In this document: one piece after another, positions 52,240 to 64,000 of the stretch
Numbering within the stretch: position 1 is the first letter of the stretch
Layout: each line of letters begins with the position of its first letter
Assembly (NCBI GenBank): GCA_964016885.1
Contig: OZ024740.1
Span: forward strand, 308,760,001 to 308,824,000
Length of the DNA stretch: 64,000 nucleotides
Source of the DNA: Eledone cirrhosa
Taxonomy: Eukaryota
Reading direction: 5' to 3'
The notes under the pieces: generated by a model
Told to the model about the DNA's origin: nothing
Database searches by the model: none
The model's input: only the letters and a program-made list of their open reading frames with translations
Program-made: the position numbers and the translations under genes

Positions 52240-53965
52240 CAGCTCTATCTTCTGATTATGATGCAAGACAAGGCGATTTCATCAGGTGTTATTTGCAGAA
52301 TGTTGTAGATAGAGGAAACTATAGAGGTATAAAGCTGATGGACCAGGTCATGAAAGTAACGGAGAGTTATAGTACAGCTGATTAGGGACCGGGTAAAACT
52401 AGATAAGATGCAGTTTGAGTTTGTGCCAGGAAAAAGCACCACTGATGCTCTCTTCCTTGTGAGACAGTTACAGAAAAATTACCAAGTTAAAAATAAGCCA
52501 CTCTACCTGGCATTTGTCGATCTGAAAAAAGCCTTCGGCAGAGTACTCCGTGCTATAATCTGGTGGGCTCTTAGAAAACTAGGAGTAGATGAATGGCTTG
52601 TGAAAGCTGTACAAGCCATGTATAGAGGAGCAGTCAGCAAAGTTAGGGTTAACAATGACTGTAGCGGGGAATTTAACATACAGGTCAGTGTCCACCAGGG
52701 CTCTGTGCTTAGCCTTCTCCTGTTTATTATAGTGTTGCAGACTATGACAGAGGAGTTTAAGACCAGATGCCCATGGGAACTTCTGTATGCAGATTATCTT
52801 ACACTTATAGCTGAATCTATGGCGGAACTAGAGAAGAAATTCCAAACATGGAAGCAGGGACTAGAAAGAAGGGGTCTCAATGTCAACCTGACAAAGACTA
52901 AGGTCCTCGTAAGTAGACAAGAAAACAGAACCCAGATCCCCTCAGGGAAATGGCCTTTGCTCAGTATGTAGGAAAGGTGTAGGCAGGAATTCCATCCTCT
53001 GCCCCAAAAGCAAACTATGGGTACACAAGAGATGTAGTGAGATCTCAGGAAGCTTAGTTAAGAATGTAGGCTTTACATGTAGCAGCTGCACTGGGACAGT
53101 AAGCAGCAAACGGCCACAGGAAGCAAACACTATCAAACTCTGGGAGGGCTCTGTAGAAACAGTAGCAGTGGAGGTGGGTGTTCTGAAAGTACAGTAACCA
53201 GGGTAAGAACAGGATGGAAGAAGTTCAGGGAGCTACTACCACTGCTAGCTGCAAAAAACTTTTCCCTCAAAATGAAAGGCAAACTGTATGATGCGTGTAT
53301 GCGAACAGCAATGTTACATGGTAGTGAGACCTGGGTGCTGTGTGTAGAAGACTTGCGTAGATTAGAAAGAAACGAAGCCTGCATGCACCGATGGATGTGA
53401 AATAGTAATATACGCGAATGGCAAAGCATAAACGAATTGAGAGAGAGACTGAGCATAAGAAGAATCAAATGCTGTGTGCAGGAGAGGAGATTGCGTTGGT
53501 ATGGACATGTGATGCATATGAAGGATGCCAGATGCATAAAAAGGTGCAGAGCACTAAAAGTTGATGAAAGCCTTGGAGTGGGGAGACCCAAGAAGACCTG
53601 GGATGAGGTGATAAAAGCTGACCCTGCCAAATTGCACCTCTCAAAGGCGATGACCTCTGGCGTTATGCAGTAATACAGAAGACCCAACTTTCCATGGGTA
53701 CAAGCCAAAGCTGTAGCATATAGACAATATGCCCCCATCCCCTCCCCCTGTAAAGTGGTTGTGTAGGCGCCACAGTAAAAAAGCATCCAGTACTCACTGT
53801 AAATGAGGTTGGTGTTAGAAAGGACATCCAACTGTAGAAATCAAGCCAAAGTCAGTTCCCATATGAGCAAGACAAGGTCACCCAACTCGGCATTGCCCAC
53901 AACAGGACAACCCATCTAACCCACGCTAGCATGGAAGAATGGACGTAAAACGGTGATGATGATGA
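52240..53965 (+). mobile_element. 5'-truncated RTE-clade LINE with RT pseudogene and 3' UTR
   Basis: NYRGIKL, QF.FVPGKSTTDA, LAFVDLKKAF, HQGSVLS, WELLYAD, a Cys-rich CSVCRKGVG..WVHKRC block and RRLRWYGHV..GRPKKTW. Ends in (GAT)n. Confidence 0.92.
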
Positions 53966-54914
53966 TATATATATAATGTGTGTGTGTGTGTACACCTGCT
54001 TTCTATTTCTATCACTCTATCACTATATACTTCTGTGTGACAAAACAAATACTCTATATTTCTCAAGAAATGTGTGGTTTGAATCTTCATTTGCACACAC
54101 ACACACACACACAATCATCTATTCTCATATGGGCCACTGTTTATTGGTTGAAGGCTAAGTGTTCTGTTTGTCGTGAGGGGAAAGAGAAAGTGACTGGTAT
54201 GGGTTAACATTTGGAAAATCAACAGGCATATTAATTGGATATATATTTCACATATAATATATGCATGTATCGTACACACACCTACACAATATATATATAT
54301 AGTTGTTTTAATACTGACTTTGCACTATCAATAACTTGTCCTATGGTCTACATATCACCATCTTTATGAAATCCTGTCTGAAAATGGCATGATGGACTTC
54401 CGTTACCCTTACATACCTATTTTCTGATACCTCTGAAATGTACATAAGTCATTATTTAATAAATTGACGTATGGAAAAGTAGAACCATACATTCATATCT
54501 ATTAACCCAGACACACACACACACACACACACATACATATGTGCCAGACCATTTGGCTACTTCTTAACGTTTTCCAAAATCCGATGTAACTACCTGCTCT
54601 CTCCAAACTCTCCATTTCCTGACAAAGGACTTTCATCCAATATGCCAAACCCTCCTCTACTTCCTCCTAAGCATGATATGTGTGGTGTTGATGAAGTAAT
54701 ATTCTTCTTTACACACAATCATATGATAGATATCCTTGGAAGAAGAGATTAAAATCTCCAAAGGCAAAACAATAATCTATTATGTTTTGCTGTATATAGA
54801 GAAATAATTGAAAGTGTTTATATTTCTCATCTCATTCTTTTCACAGTGAAGGCTTCTAATAAATTTGAAAAAAAATGTCAGTTATATCTACATTAAATGT
54901 ACCTTAATATATAT

Positions 54915-55312
54915 ATCATCAGTCATCATTTAACATTCGCCTTCCCTGCTAGTAAGATTTGGATGGGTCTTCATAGACCAAATCAGGACTGATGTAGGAC
55001 TACTAACCTCCCAGACAAATGATGGGGGTGGACAGGTCTGCATCTCACTTCTGTATGTCCTACATTCTACCAAGTGCATTTTATTGTAGCTGCACCACAA
55101 GAGAGGTTGTCATATCTTTGACACAATTAAAAGTCCTCCCAACCTTTTGTTTGGAAAGCTTTCTGTGGCTGGATGCCCTTCCTATCACCTACCGCTTTAG
55201 AGCAAGTACTGAGTATGTTTATCATGTAGATCACCAACACTAGGGAAGCTGTCATGTTCTTGGCACAACTGAAAGGTCCTCCCGACTCTTTGTTTGGCAA
55301 GCTTTCTGCAGC
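54915..55312. repeat. Interspersed repeat with an inverted partner at about 58120-58535
   Basis: TTCCCTGCTAG..GGAAAGCTTTCTGTGGCTGGATGCCCTTCC family. Also at about 7970-8290, 42298-42545 and 48590-48920. Confidence 0.65.
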
Positions 55313-55337
55313 TGTATGTATATGTATTTATGTATGC

Positions 55338-55385
<48 letters not shown>

Positions 55386-57644
55386 GTATGTGCAGTGAAA
55401 AGATCCATACAAAGGAAAAGAGTGCTCTATTTAATGAAAAAGAGCTAATTTATTATGATTTGTACACATACCATTTATTATGTTACCAATGGTGACAAGT
55501 TGTAACAGCTTTTCCTTTCTCTTGGACAACATCTATGCCATTGAGAGGGAAATTGCCATGCATGGGCAACTGTTGTTTCTCCACAAAACACCTTGCCCAG
55601 GTTTGCTCCTTGGAGAGGAACTTTCCAAGTCCAAATCCATGTTCAGTTCCATGCATGCACGCACACACACAATAGGTGGTCCATTAGTTTTGACAATGAA
55701 CATTGTTTTACTCATCTCCTGGTCTTCTATACTGTTTCTGTCTATCCAATTTCAGTTACATGACTTTTGTTGATTGAAGACTATAGTAAAGAGACTTGTC
55801 CAAGTTGTCAACCTGTGGGATTGCACCCAGGACCTTATGATTACGATGCAAACTTCTTAGCTACTCAGCCATGCCTACGTCCATACACACACACACATTT
55901 GTTGCAGCTTGTCCTAGCATGTGCTGCAGCTTTTCAAAACCTCTACTTTTTCTTGTCCTAATGTGTATATATTGTTATACACCTCAAAAGTACTGCAGCA
56001 TGTACTATGGTATGATATATATCTGCCTGGATACTATATCATTTGTTGAAGGCGCATGGACCAAGTGATGTGTTGTATCCTTGAGCAAGACACTTTATTT
56101 CATGTTGCTCTTTGTGTTAGAAGTTGCAACCGGCAGATAGTATCAGCAATGGAAAGACCAATGGAAACATAATTTCCTTGGTCTGATTTGATGAGGTCCA
56201 TGCCACTCGGCAAGCAAGCGAGTGAGGTCTGGGATCTTGTCGATCAATTAAATATATGTAATAAATACCACAACAGTTATATTAGTTATAGAAGATTACA
56301 TTATGAGTTATATACTGTAGTGTAGATGACAACATTTAGTATTTTGTCTTTGCATTTGAACTCAAATTTTGTTGTAGAATTTACCTGTCATCCTTCTGGT
56401 ATCAATAAAAGAAGTACTGAGTATGGAGAGTTGATTTAATTGAATGGCTTAGTAGTTAGAGCATTTGGCTTGCAATTGGGAGGTTATGAGTTCAATTCTT
56501 AGACCGGGTTGATGCATTGTGTCCTTCAGCAAAATACTTTTTGTGATTCTCCAGTTTATTCAGCAGTAGAATTGAGTTGCAACATCATTGGTGCTAAGCT
56601 GTATTGGCCATTGCCTTTCTTTTGGACAACATCAGTGGCATGGAAAGGGGGGGGTATGCATGAGCGACTGCTGGTCTTCCACAAACAATTTTACCCAGAC
56701 TTGTGACTCGAAGGGGAACTTTCTAGATGAAAATCCCTTAATATTTCTGGCCTAGTATCTATATTAGAAATCAATATATTATGTGCTTACACAATCTTTT
56801 CAAGTTATTTCCTGGTACTTATTTTTAAACCATGGTTCAGTTTTGTTGTTTATTTCTACTATAGTTATTTCCAGATTCTTATCAGCAAAAGTAACTTATT
56901 TTCTCTATAACATTGTCACTTTGAATATAACATAGTTATTTGTGATTACATTCAACATTCTTATATTTCCTTGTATTATTTTATTGTTGGAATCTCCTTT
57001 TTTTAAGATTATCAACATCATCATCATCATCATTTGACTTTCCTTTGCTAAAGATAGTATATATGCGATGACTTCGATATGAGAATGTGCCTTGATACTT
57101 GTATCACTGTAAGAATGTATGGTCTGCATAATAAGATTGGTAGCCTGCAATAACAGCATTTTTAAAAATGCATGTTAACTTCTTATGTTTGACTTTCTTG
57201 CAATGACTATAATCTTAGTATCATTGGTCTGGAGTTCAATGTTTCATCCTTTTGGGCTATTTTGCCTTTCAGTATCAAGAACAGAAAATGATAATTATTT
57301 GTTTTTCCTACTGTTTTTTTTTTTTGTTTTTTTTTAAACCCAGAAAACCTGGAGGTGGTAAAGGTTGCAATCCATTATATATTTTTAAGTTGGGGTGGGG
57401 TGGGGTGGACTTTTGAAGATTCCCAGTCTTCAAGTTATAATTCTGCTAAACTTTGGGCTCACTTTTCCAAGTTAACTTCACATCTTGCAAATAAATATAC
57501 ATTGCTCCTTACCAACTTTACCAACACACAACAACTATATACATCCTAATGCAAGAGATCTGTGCTTTCAGAAACATATAACTCAATCAATGAGATACAA
57601 ACTGACCTTTCAGTCAATATAGCCAGAAGAGGCTTTGTGTATGT

Positions 57645-57681
<37 letters not shown>

Positions 57682-59709
57682 GTGAGAGAGAGAGAAGAGA
57701 GAATAACTATTGTTTCCACTGTTCACAGAAATGTGTGTAAGTACATCCACACATGAAAACAACACACAATAGTAAAGTTTATAATACTGAAAATGATAAG
57801 AGTTGTCATATTCTTAATCTAATCTTAGTTATTCATCTTAATCCACAATACTCAGTTAGCATGGAAAAAATATAAGAATTATCTAAGGTTTCTATTAAAG
57901 TAGATTTGTGCCTGAATCATGCAAAATACATTTTGGCATGTGACAACAGTGTTTAGATATGCTAAAACATTGATCAGTTAACTGCAGATCATTTTATAGG
58001 TAGAAAAGAATCATCTTCCTCTCTATGAGAATGATGATTTATATTATGGTTCCATAGAATTGACTGTACTGATATCAGTGTATAATAAAGATGACAATTA
58101 TTATTTATATGTGTTGGTGATTTACAGAATAAATGTACCCAGCACACACTGTAAATTGGTGATAGGAAGAGCATCCAGCCATAGAAAGCTTGCCAAACAA
58201 AGGATCACGAGGACCCTTCAGTCATGTCAAGGACATGACAGTCTCCCTAGTTTTTTGGTGACCTACACAATAAACACACACTGTAAAGTGGTTGGTGATT
58301 GGAAGGGCATCCAACCATAGAAATCTTACCAAACAAAAAGTTGGAAGGAATCTTAGTTGTGTCAAAGACATGACAACCTCTCTTGTGCACTCAATAGAGC
58401 ATTGACCGTACATAAAGAAAGACACAGATCCTTCACCTGCCTGGGAGACCAGTGGCTCCGCTTCAGTACTGACTTGGACCTGTCCAACGCTTGCTACCAG
58501 GGAAAGCGGACATTGAAACAACAATGATGATAATTCTGATAATGTTATGTGTAACTATAGATTTTTTAAGTATAAAAACACTAATCAGTATCTGAGATGC
58601 TAGCTATATATTATCAGAAATTTCTTCTTTACTGTTTCTATCCAAATATGTTCATTTGCAATTTGGTCAATGTTTCTGGGACTTATTTCTAAAGTGTTTT
58701 TAATTTTTTTGTAATTTTTATTATCATATAACAAATATATAAAATTAAATAAAAGTACATACATGTAATCAATTAATTAGCAATTTACAGAATTCACAGT
58801 TGCATAGATAACATTACAAATTGTTTATAATTCTTACAGAATGAAAATGTAAACAGAAATATAAACACACATAATAAATACAATTAATTATTGCTAGAAA
58901 CCTTACAAATATAATACACAAAAATATATTATCAAAGTGATATAAAAAAACAAACAAATAAACAAAAACAACCATCAATTCACCTTCAAGTGGGGCAATT
59001 GGCTGCATACCACAAGGGTCAACAGACAATTTTGAGGCAAACCAACACACTCGCAACATTGCTGTGGGTGATGGCAAGGCGAAGGTGCTGAAGCAACCAA
59101 ATACCCTCACGGGCATCATCTGACACCTCTCTGTTATTGTAAATAGGAGACTTAAATAATATGTTTAGTATTCAATGTGGAAGATATATCTAAAAGTTTG
59201 ATAATTCAAAGTGAGATGTTCTCCAAACTTTCTGTGAGAATGACTGAAACTGTGGAATTACCATCAAACTTAAAATGAAAATTGTCTGGGAAAACTAATT
59301 GATTTTTTCATAACAGCTAAGCTATTTCAGCAATCACAAGGCTTGATATATAACTCTGTATATATCACTAGGTAACCAAATAAGTTCTTTCACAATTTTC
59401 CACATTTACCGTCTGTTGACAGAAACATGTAACTTCTGAGTCTCTATAGAATGATAACTCACATTAACAGTTTTAAACACAGCTTTGTGGACTCTCTTCT
59501 TTATATACAATGGTAATTCATTTCAACAAATTATTCTAAACACACAGTATGGGACTAAACAAGGCTCAATAAAATGGCAACTATACCAGGCTCTACGGAA
59601 TAAATTATCTATTCCATGAAAGACATTATAGCTATATGCTAGATTCTCAACCAAATAATGTTTGATATCTCTAGATTGTTATAATAATGATGTCTTTTTT
59701 TCTCTGCAG

Positions 59710-59771
59710 TGTCCTCCCTCCACCTCTCCCACACCCTCGCAGTACAAGAGCTTCCTCTTTGAATAGTGCTG
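59710..59771 (+). CDS. ASAP: ASAP exon (62 nt, phase 2-1), SVLPPPLPHPRSTRASSLNSA
   Basis: tcttttttctctgcag|...|gtaagt. Pro-rich, and the phases match the neighbouring exons. Confidence 0.85.
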
Positions 59772-60433
59772 GTAAGTTAATTTGTTTCTGACACTTCTAT
59801 AACTAAATGATCTTACCATTAATAAGTCCCCAAATAAAAGGGAACATTTAAAATACATATCACTGCCCCATTGTCAATATCTAGCTCTATAACTGCATGT
59901 ATGTATTGCTCGGTGTATCCATCATCATCAACAGCAGCATTGATTTTATGTAATGTCCATACTTCATGTTGACATGAATTGAACATTTCCTCTAGATGCT
60001 TATATGCAGTGTCACCTCATTAGTCTGGTCAAAATAAACTGTTAAACTATCTATTTTACACAAAAATATCCATCAGTGAGATATTGACTTTATTGACTAT
60101 AGAAAGTAACTGTAATTAGTTAAACATGACAGGCAATCAAAACTGTATCATTGATCCAATTCTCCAAGAGATGGCCTTTACTTTACAATGCTTAGTATCA
60201 TGCTAAGCTACTGCTTCCTAAGTCTTCCTTGGTTTATCTTTACTATGGATCATACAACTGCATTGATCAGATATTCACATGTAATCATTGTGTGTGTGTG
60301 TGTGTGTTAGTATGTATGAATGTATGTGTCATCATCGTTTACCATCTATTTTCCATGCTAGCATGGATTAGACAGGTTGTACCATTTGAGGCAAGTTTGG
60401 TTAGGTGACCATGTCTTGTTCATACAGAACTGT

Positions 60434-60468
<35 letters not shown>

Positions 60469-60789
60469 ACAAAGATTTATAAATGGAGATATCCACTTAA
60501 TTTTGACTTGACAAGATAATTGAAATCTTACTGTGTTGTTAACATCAGTAATCATGCAGACCAAATGAATTCAAGGTAAAAATTTAAGAAATAAGATTCT
60601 AAAGATTGAAAATAAGTAGTATTACACGGCTTAAATATGTATTGAAAGAATAACCAAACAATTTGCAGGGATGAAAACAATACATTTCATTAGCAAAAAA
60701 TATTATCAATAATGCAAACCCAATGTTTACATATCGATTAATTTTCCCGAAGCTCATCAGGAATAAACAAATGAGTGAAAATGTCGCTT

Positions 60790-60995
60790 AAATGTCATTT
60801 AAACCAACCATATCTGGCCAGAATTCTCTCACCCCTTTCTGTTCAAACAGGCCACTCATACTGATGTTAAGGTATTATTCTCAAAATAAAAGTCAAAATC
60901 TCAGAGATTCGATATAATGTGAGATAATTGTGTAAGATAAAACATTTACCACAAAAATACAATAGTATATATAGAGTAATGTAAATGCTAAAGGG
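60790..60995. mobile_element. piggyBac-like MITE (family of 13903-14109)
   Basis: Ends AAATGCTAAAGGG|TTAA and the body matches 41379-41599. Confidence 0.7.
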
Positions 60996-61138
60996 TTAAA
61001 GGGGCAAATAAAAGAGTATTATGAGAATCAACAGAAGTAATCATTTTTATATTTAAGTAATCCAGATGATATAAGATATGCAAATTCTTTGGTTATTCTT
61101 CAATATATATATATATATATGTTGGATTTCTGTTTCAG

Positions 61139-61257
61139 ATTTGACCCAACGTAATGACCGAAGTCGTTCTCGTGACAGAATTGATCCTGGGGGGAGAGTT
61201 GAAGAGACTCAGGGTAAAGACTTTGTAGCACCACCTGTTCCTGTTCCACGAATTAAG
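61139..61257 (+). CDS. ASAP: ASAP exon (119 nt, phase 1-0), DLTQRNDRSRSRDR...APPVPVPRIK
   Basis: ttctgtttcag|...AAG|gtatgt. The PVPVPR motif matches the PVPLPR segment preceding the ASAP SH3. Confidence 0.88.
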
Positions 61258-61485
61258 GTATGTTCTTACTGCTGTTTGTTTTGTTTGAGATGGTTGCCAC
61301 CTGTTACTTGCAATGTTGTTGTTTTTATTTTTGATGGGGAGGATATTTTAGTAGGATAGACATCGAATTGGCTGATTCATTCTGGCTCTCTGCACTCTTA
61401 GTCAACACTGCCTTTCATCCTTTTGAGGTTGATAAAAAAAGTACCAGTCAAATACTGAGGCCAATTATTTCTCTATATTTCTCTC

Positions 61486-61600
<115 letters not shown>

Positions 61601-62490
61601 TCCTCACTTCCTCTCACTTCCTCACTTCCTCACCCCCCCCCTCTCTCTCTCTGTAGAAGAAATCGGCTGTGTTCAGACTTGGAGAGGAGATGAACTCTAC
61701 CATATTTTTGAATGCCATAATGTCACAACAGCAGCCATACAACTCCACAAGGAGTTACGGATACATACATTTTGACAGGGAAAAAATGAAAGGAAAACAA
61801 GCTCTGTTTCAAATCCCTTAAAGACCTAATATCACTTATTGAAGTTATTTGAAGCTGTATAACAATGAGGTGTGGGCATTAAATGAAGCCAGCAATTATA
61901 TGTTGGATGTGTGATAGCATGAGAGAATGTATTTGTGTGTGTTTGGGAAGTGAAACATTTGTAATGGCTACCCATAAAAGTAGTGAAAACGTTTTACTAT
62001 TGATTTCATCATCATCATCATCATCGTTTAACATCTATCTTCCACACTAGCATGGGTTAGATGGGAGTTGTCTCAATTTGGGCAAGATTGGTCGGGTGAC
62101 CGTGTCTCGCTCGTATAGGACTATCTACGGTTGGATGCCCTTCCTAACACCAACCACATTTACAATGTGGACTGGGAACTTTTTATCATGTTACCTACAC
62201 AGCCACATTACAGCGTGGACTGTGTGTTTTTTTGTGATTTATATAATAAAAAATATAATCTTTCTTACAACAGTTATAGTTCATTAGAATTTGGTGAAAA
62301 TTATTTTATGACAGAGTGTATGTATGCGTATGTATTTATGAGTATATAAACCAAAACATTTTTAGTGTAGAATGGCCTGTTTGAGCTACAAATAAGCTAC
62401 AAAGAAACATTCAAACACAGCTTTAGTATTATAGAGATTGTATGCAGAATTTGTGTGTGGAATGATTTTGTTTTGTATGTTTATTTCCAG

Positions 62491-62616
62491 AAAAAATCTA
62501 ATGGTAGAAGACGCTGTCGAGCTAAATATGATTGTGATGCTGATAATGAGGATGAGTTGACATTTAAAGGAGGAGAAATAATTATTGTCCTCCATGAAGA
62601 GGAGGAAGAGTGGTGG
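62491..62616 (+). CDS. ASAP: ASAP SH3 domain, first exon
   Basis: RRCRAKYDCDADNEDELTFKGGEIIIVLHEEEEEWW. The YDCxADNxDELTF signature is characteristic of ASAP SH3 domains. Splice sites ttccag / gtgagt. Confidence 0.95.
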
Positions 62617-63393
62617 GTGAGTATACTGATAGACATTTGATCAGAATGTTTTGAGATGGTATTGTTGAGAGAAATAATATCCTCTACATCCCTAACACAC
62701 TGAATTGGTTTGACTGACTGCCACCAGAGGTCCTTGGAGAGCTCCTGAATCCTTCATTAAAATGACATTGGAACTAATACTAATCATATACCCACCATCT
62801 GCTGGTTAAAGATGTAGCACAGTCATATACTAGGTACATAATTTACAAATATGCAGTGAATTGGCACAGACTTTAGACAAAAATGCCTTGTGGTGTTTCT
62901 TCTGGCTCTCTGCACTTTGAATTCAAATCCTGCCAAGGTCAACTTTGCCTTCCTTTTGAGGCTGATAAAATAGAATAGCAGTCAAGAGCAGGGGACTGAC
63001 AGAATTGTTGGAGTCTCAGGTGAGATATGTCATGATATTTGTTCTAACCTGTTGTGTTCTGAGTTCAAATCCTGGTAGATTTAACTCTTAATATCTGGTT
63101 TTCAAAAATTCTAGTTTTTAAAAATATCAATGGAGACAACCTAGAAAAATTAGCGATGTTCTACCCACCGACCCTCACTTATTCTACACAAGCACACACA
63201 CACCCTCCCTCTCAATTTTATTCCAACCCTTTCCCCTATTGTTTGGGACCTGAGAGTAAGTAGAAGTTCCCTCCATGGCTACTAGTAAATGAGTAGGGGT
63301 GGTATAAGTAGTTGGAATCCTGTCATTTTGGTTGTTGCACTGCTAAATTGTCATACTTCATTTCTCATTTTACATCGCTTCTTCTCTTTTCAG

Positions 63394-63468
63394 GAAGGTG
63401 AAATTGATGGACAACCTGAAAGACGAGGCTTGTTCCCAGTCAGTTTTGTAACTATGCTACCTAACTGA
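63394..63468 (+). CDS. ASAP: ASAP SH3 domain, terminal coding exon
   Basis: cttctcttttcag|EGEIDGQPERRGLFPVSFVTMLPN*, resembling vertebrate ASAP GHIEGQPERKGVFPVSFV. Confidence 0.95.
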   Translation, partial: EGEIDGQPERRGLFPVSFVTMLPN

Positions 63469-64000
63469 CCCACTCATCCCCAGACAGATGCTCTGTAAGC
63501 TGGCTTCCACTGCTGTGAAAGAACAAGCCCAGAACTGGCCGGATAAGTCACATCTACACCGGCCTTTTCTTAGTTACAGCCATCTATTTTTGGATTAGAA
63601 AAACTCAGCAGATTACTCTAATCAACTCAGTAGCTGGCGCTATATCTTAGGGCAGATACACCATCAGGCAGTTTTGGTTTTTTTTTTATTTTTTTTTTTT
63701 TAATGTTAAATGCTCTGTGACAAGATTTGGCAACGTTTCATGATCTCTTTATGTACATATTTCAGTTGGTACTGAGATACGATTTCTTCACTGACAGCAA
63801 AACAAAAGTTAGTTTCTTGGGGTATGAAAAATATTCTAACAAAAATAGTAATACACACACCTCACACATAAGATCAGACACACATCTAAAAAGAGAAAAA
63901 TAATTTTTTTTAAAGAATCTTCTGAAATTCGCTGAACTCTTTTTAAACTTCAACCATATCAAGCAAGAATTTTGATATTATCAATTATTTGTTTATCAAC
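63469..64000 (+). other. Probable start of the ASAP 3' UTR
   Basis: Follows the TGA, with no recognisable repeats and U-rich stretches. The end is not within the window. Confidence 0.6.

Noticed and set aside
57344-57365. Strong acceptor followed by KPGGGKG
   Set aside because: No donor that preserves frame. The resemblance to tau repeats is coincidental.

Overview
AT-rich, microsatellite- and SINE-dense animal genomic DNA. The repeat landscape looks cephalopod (Octopus-like), which is an inference. The window holds the 3' part of one + strand gene, an ASAP-family ArfGAP, covering the Pro-rich region and the C-terminal SH3 domain. I reconstructed the exons from splice signals and phase continuity: 9737-10045, 20680-20719, two paralogous 21-nt microexons (36770-36790 and 44314-44334), 59710-59771, 61139-61257, 62491-62616 and 63394-63468 (stop). 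A further candidate 21-nt microexon lies at 3011-3031. The introns contain a decayed Helitron with Rep/Pif1 helicase, two mariner relics, RTE and R4-like LINE fragments, Penelope-like remnants with hammerhead-ribozyme motifs, piggyBac-, hAT- and Tc1/pogo-like MITEs, and many tRNA-derived SINEs. Almost all other ORFs in the track are microsatellite artefacts. The most notable observations are the duplicated frame-preserving microexon pair with UGC and YCAY context, several intronic hammerhead folds, and a small repeat whose hairpin loop occurs in both flip and flop orientations.
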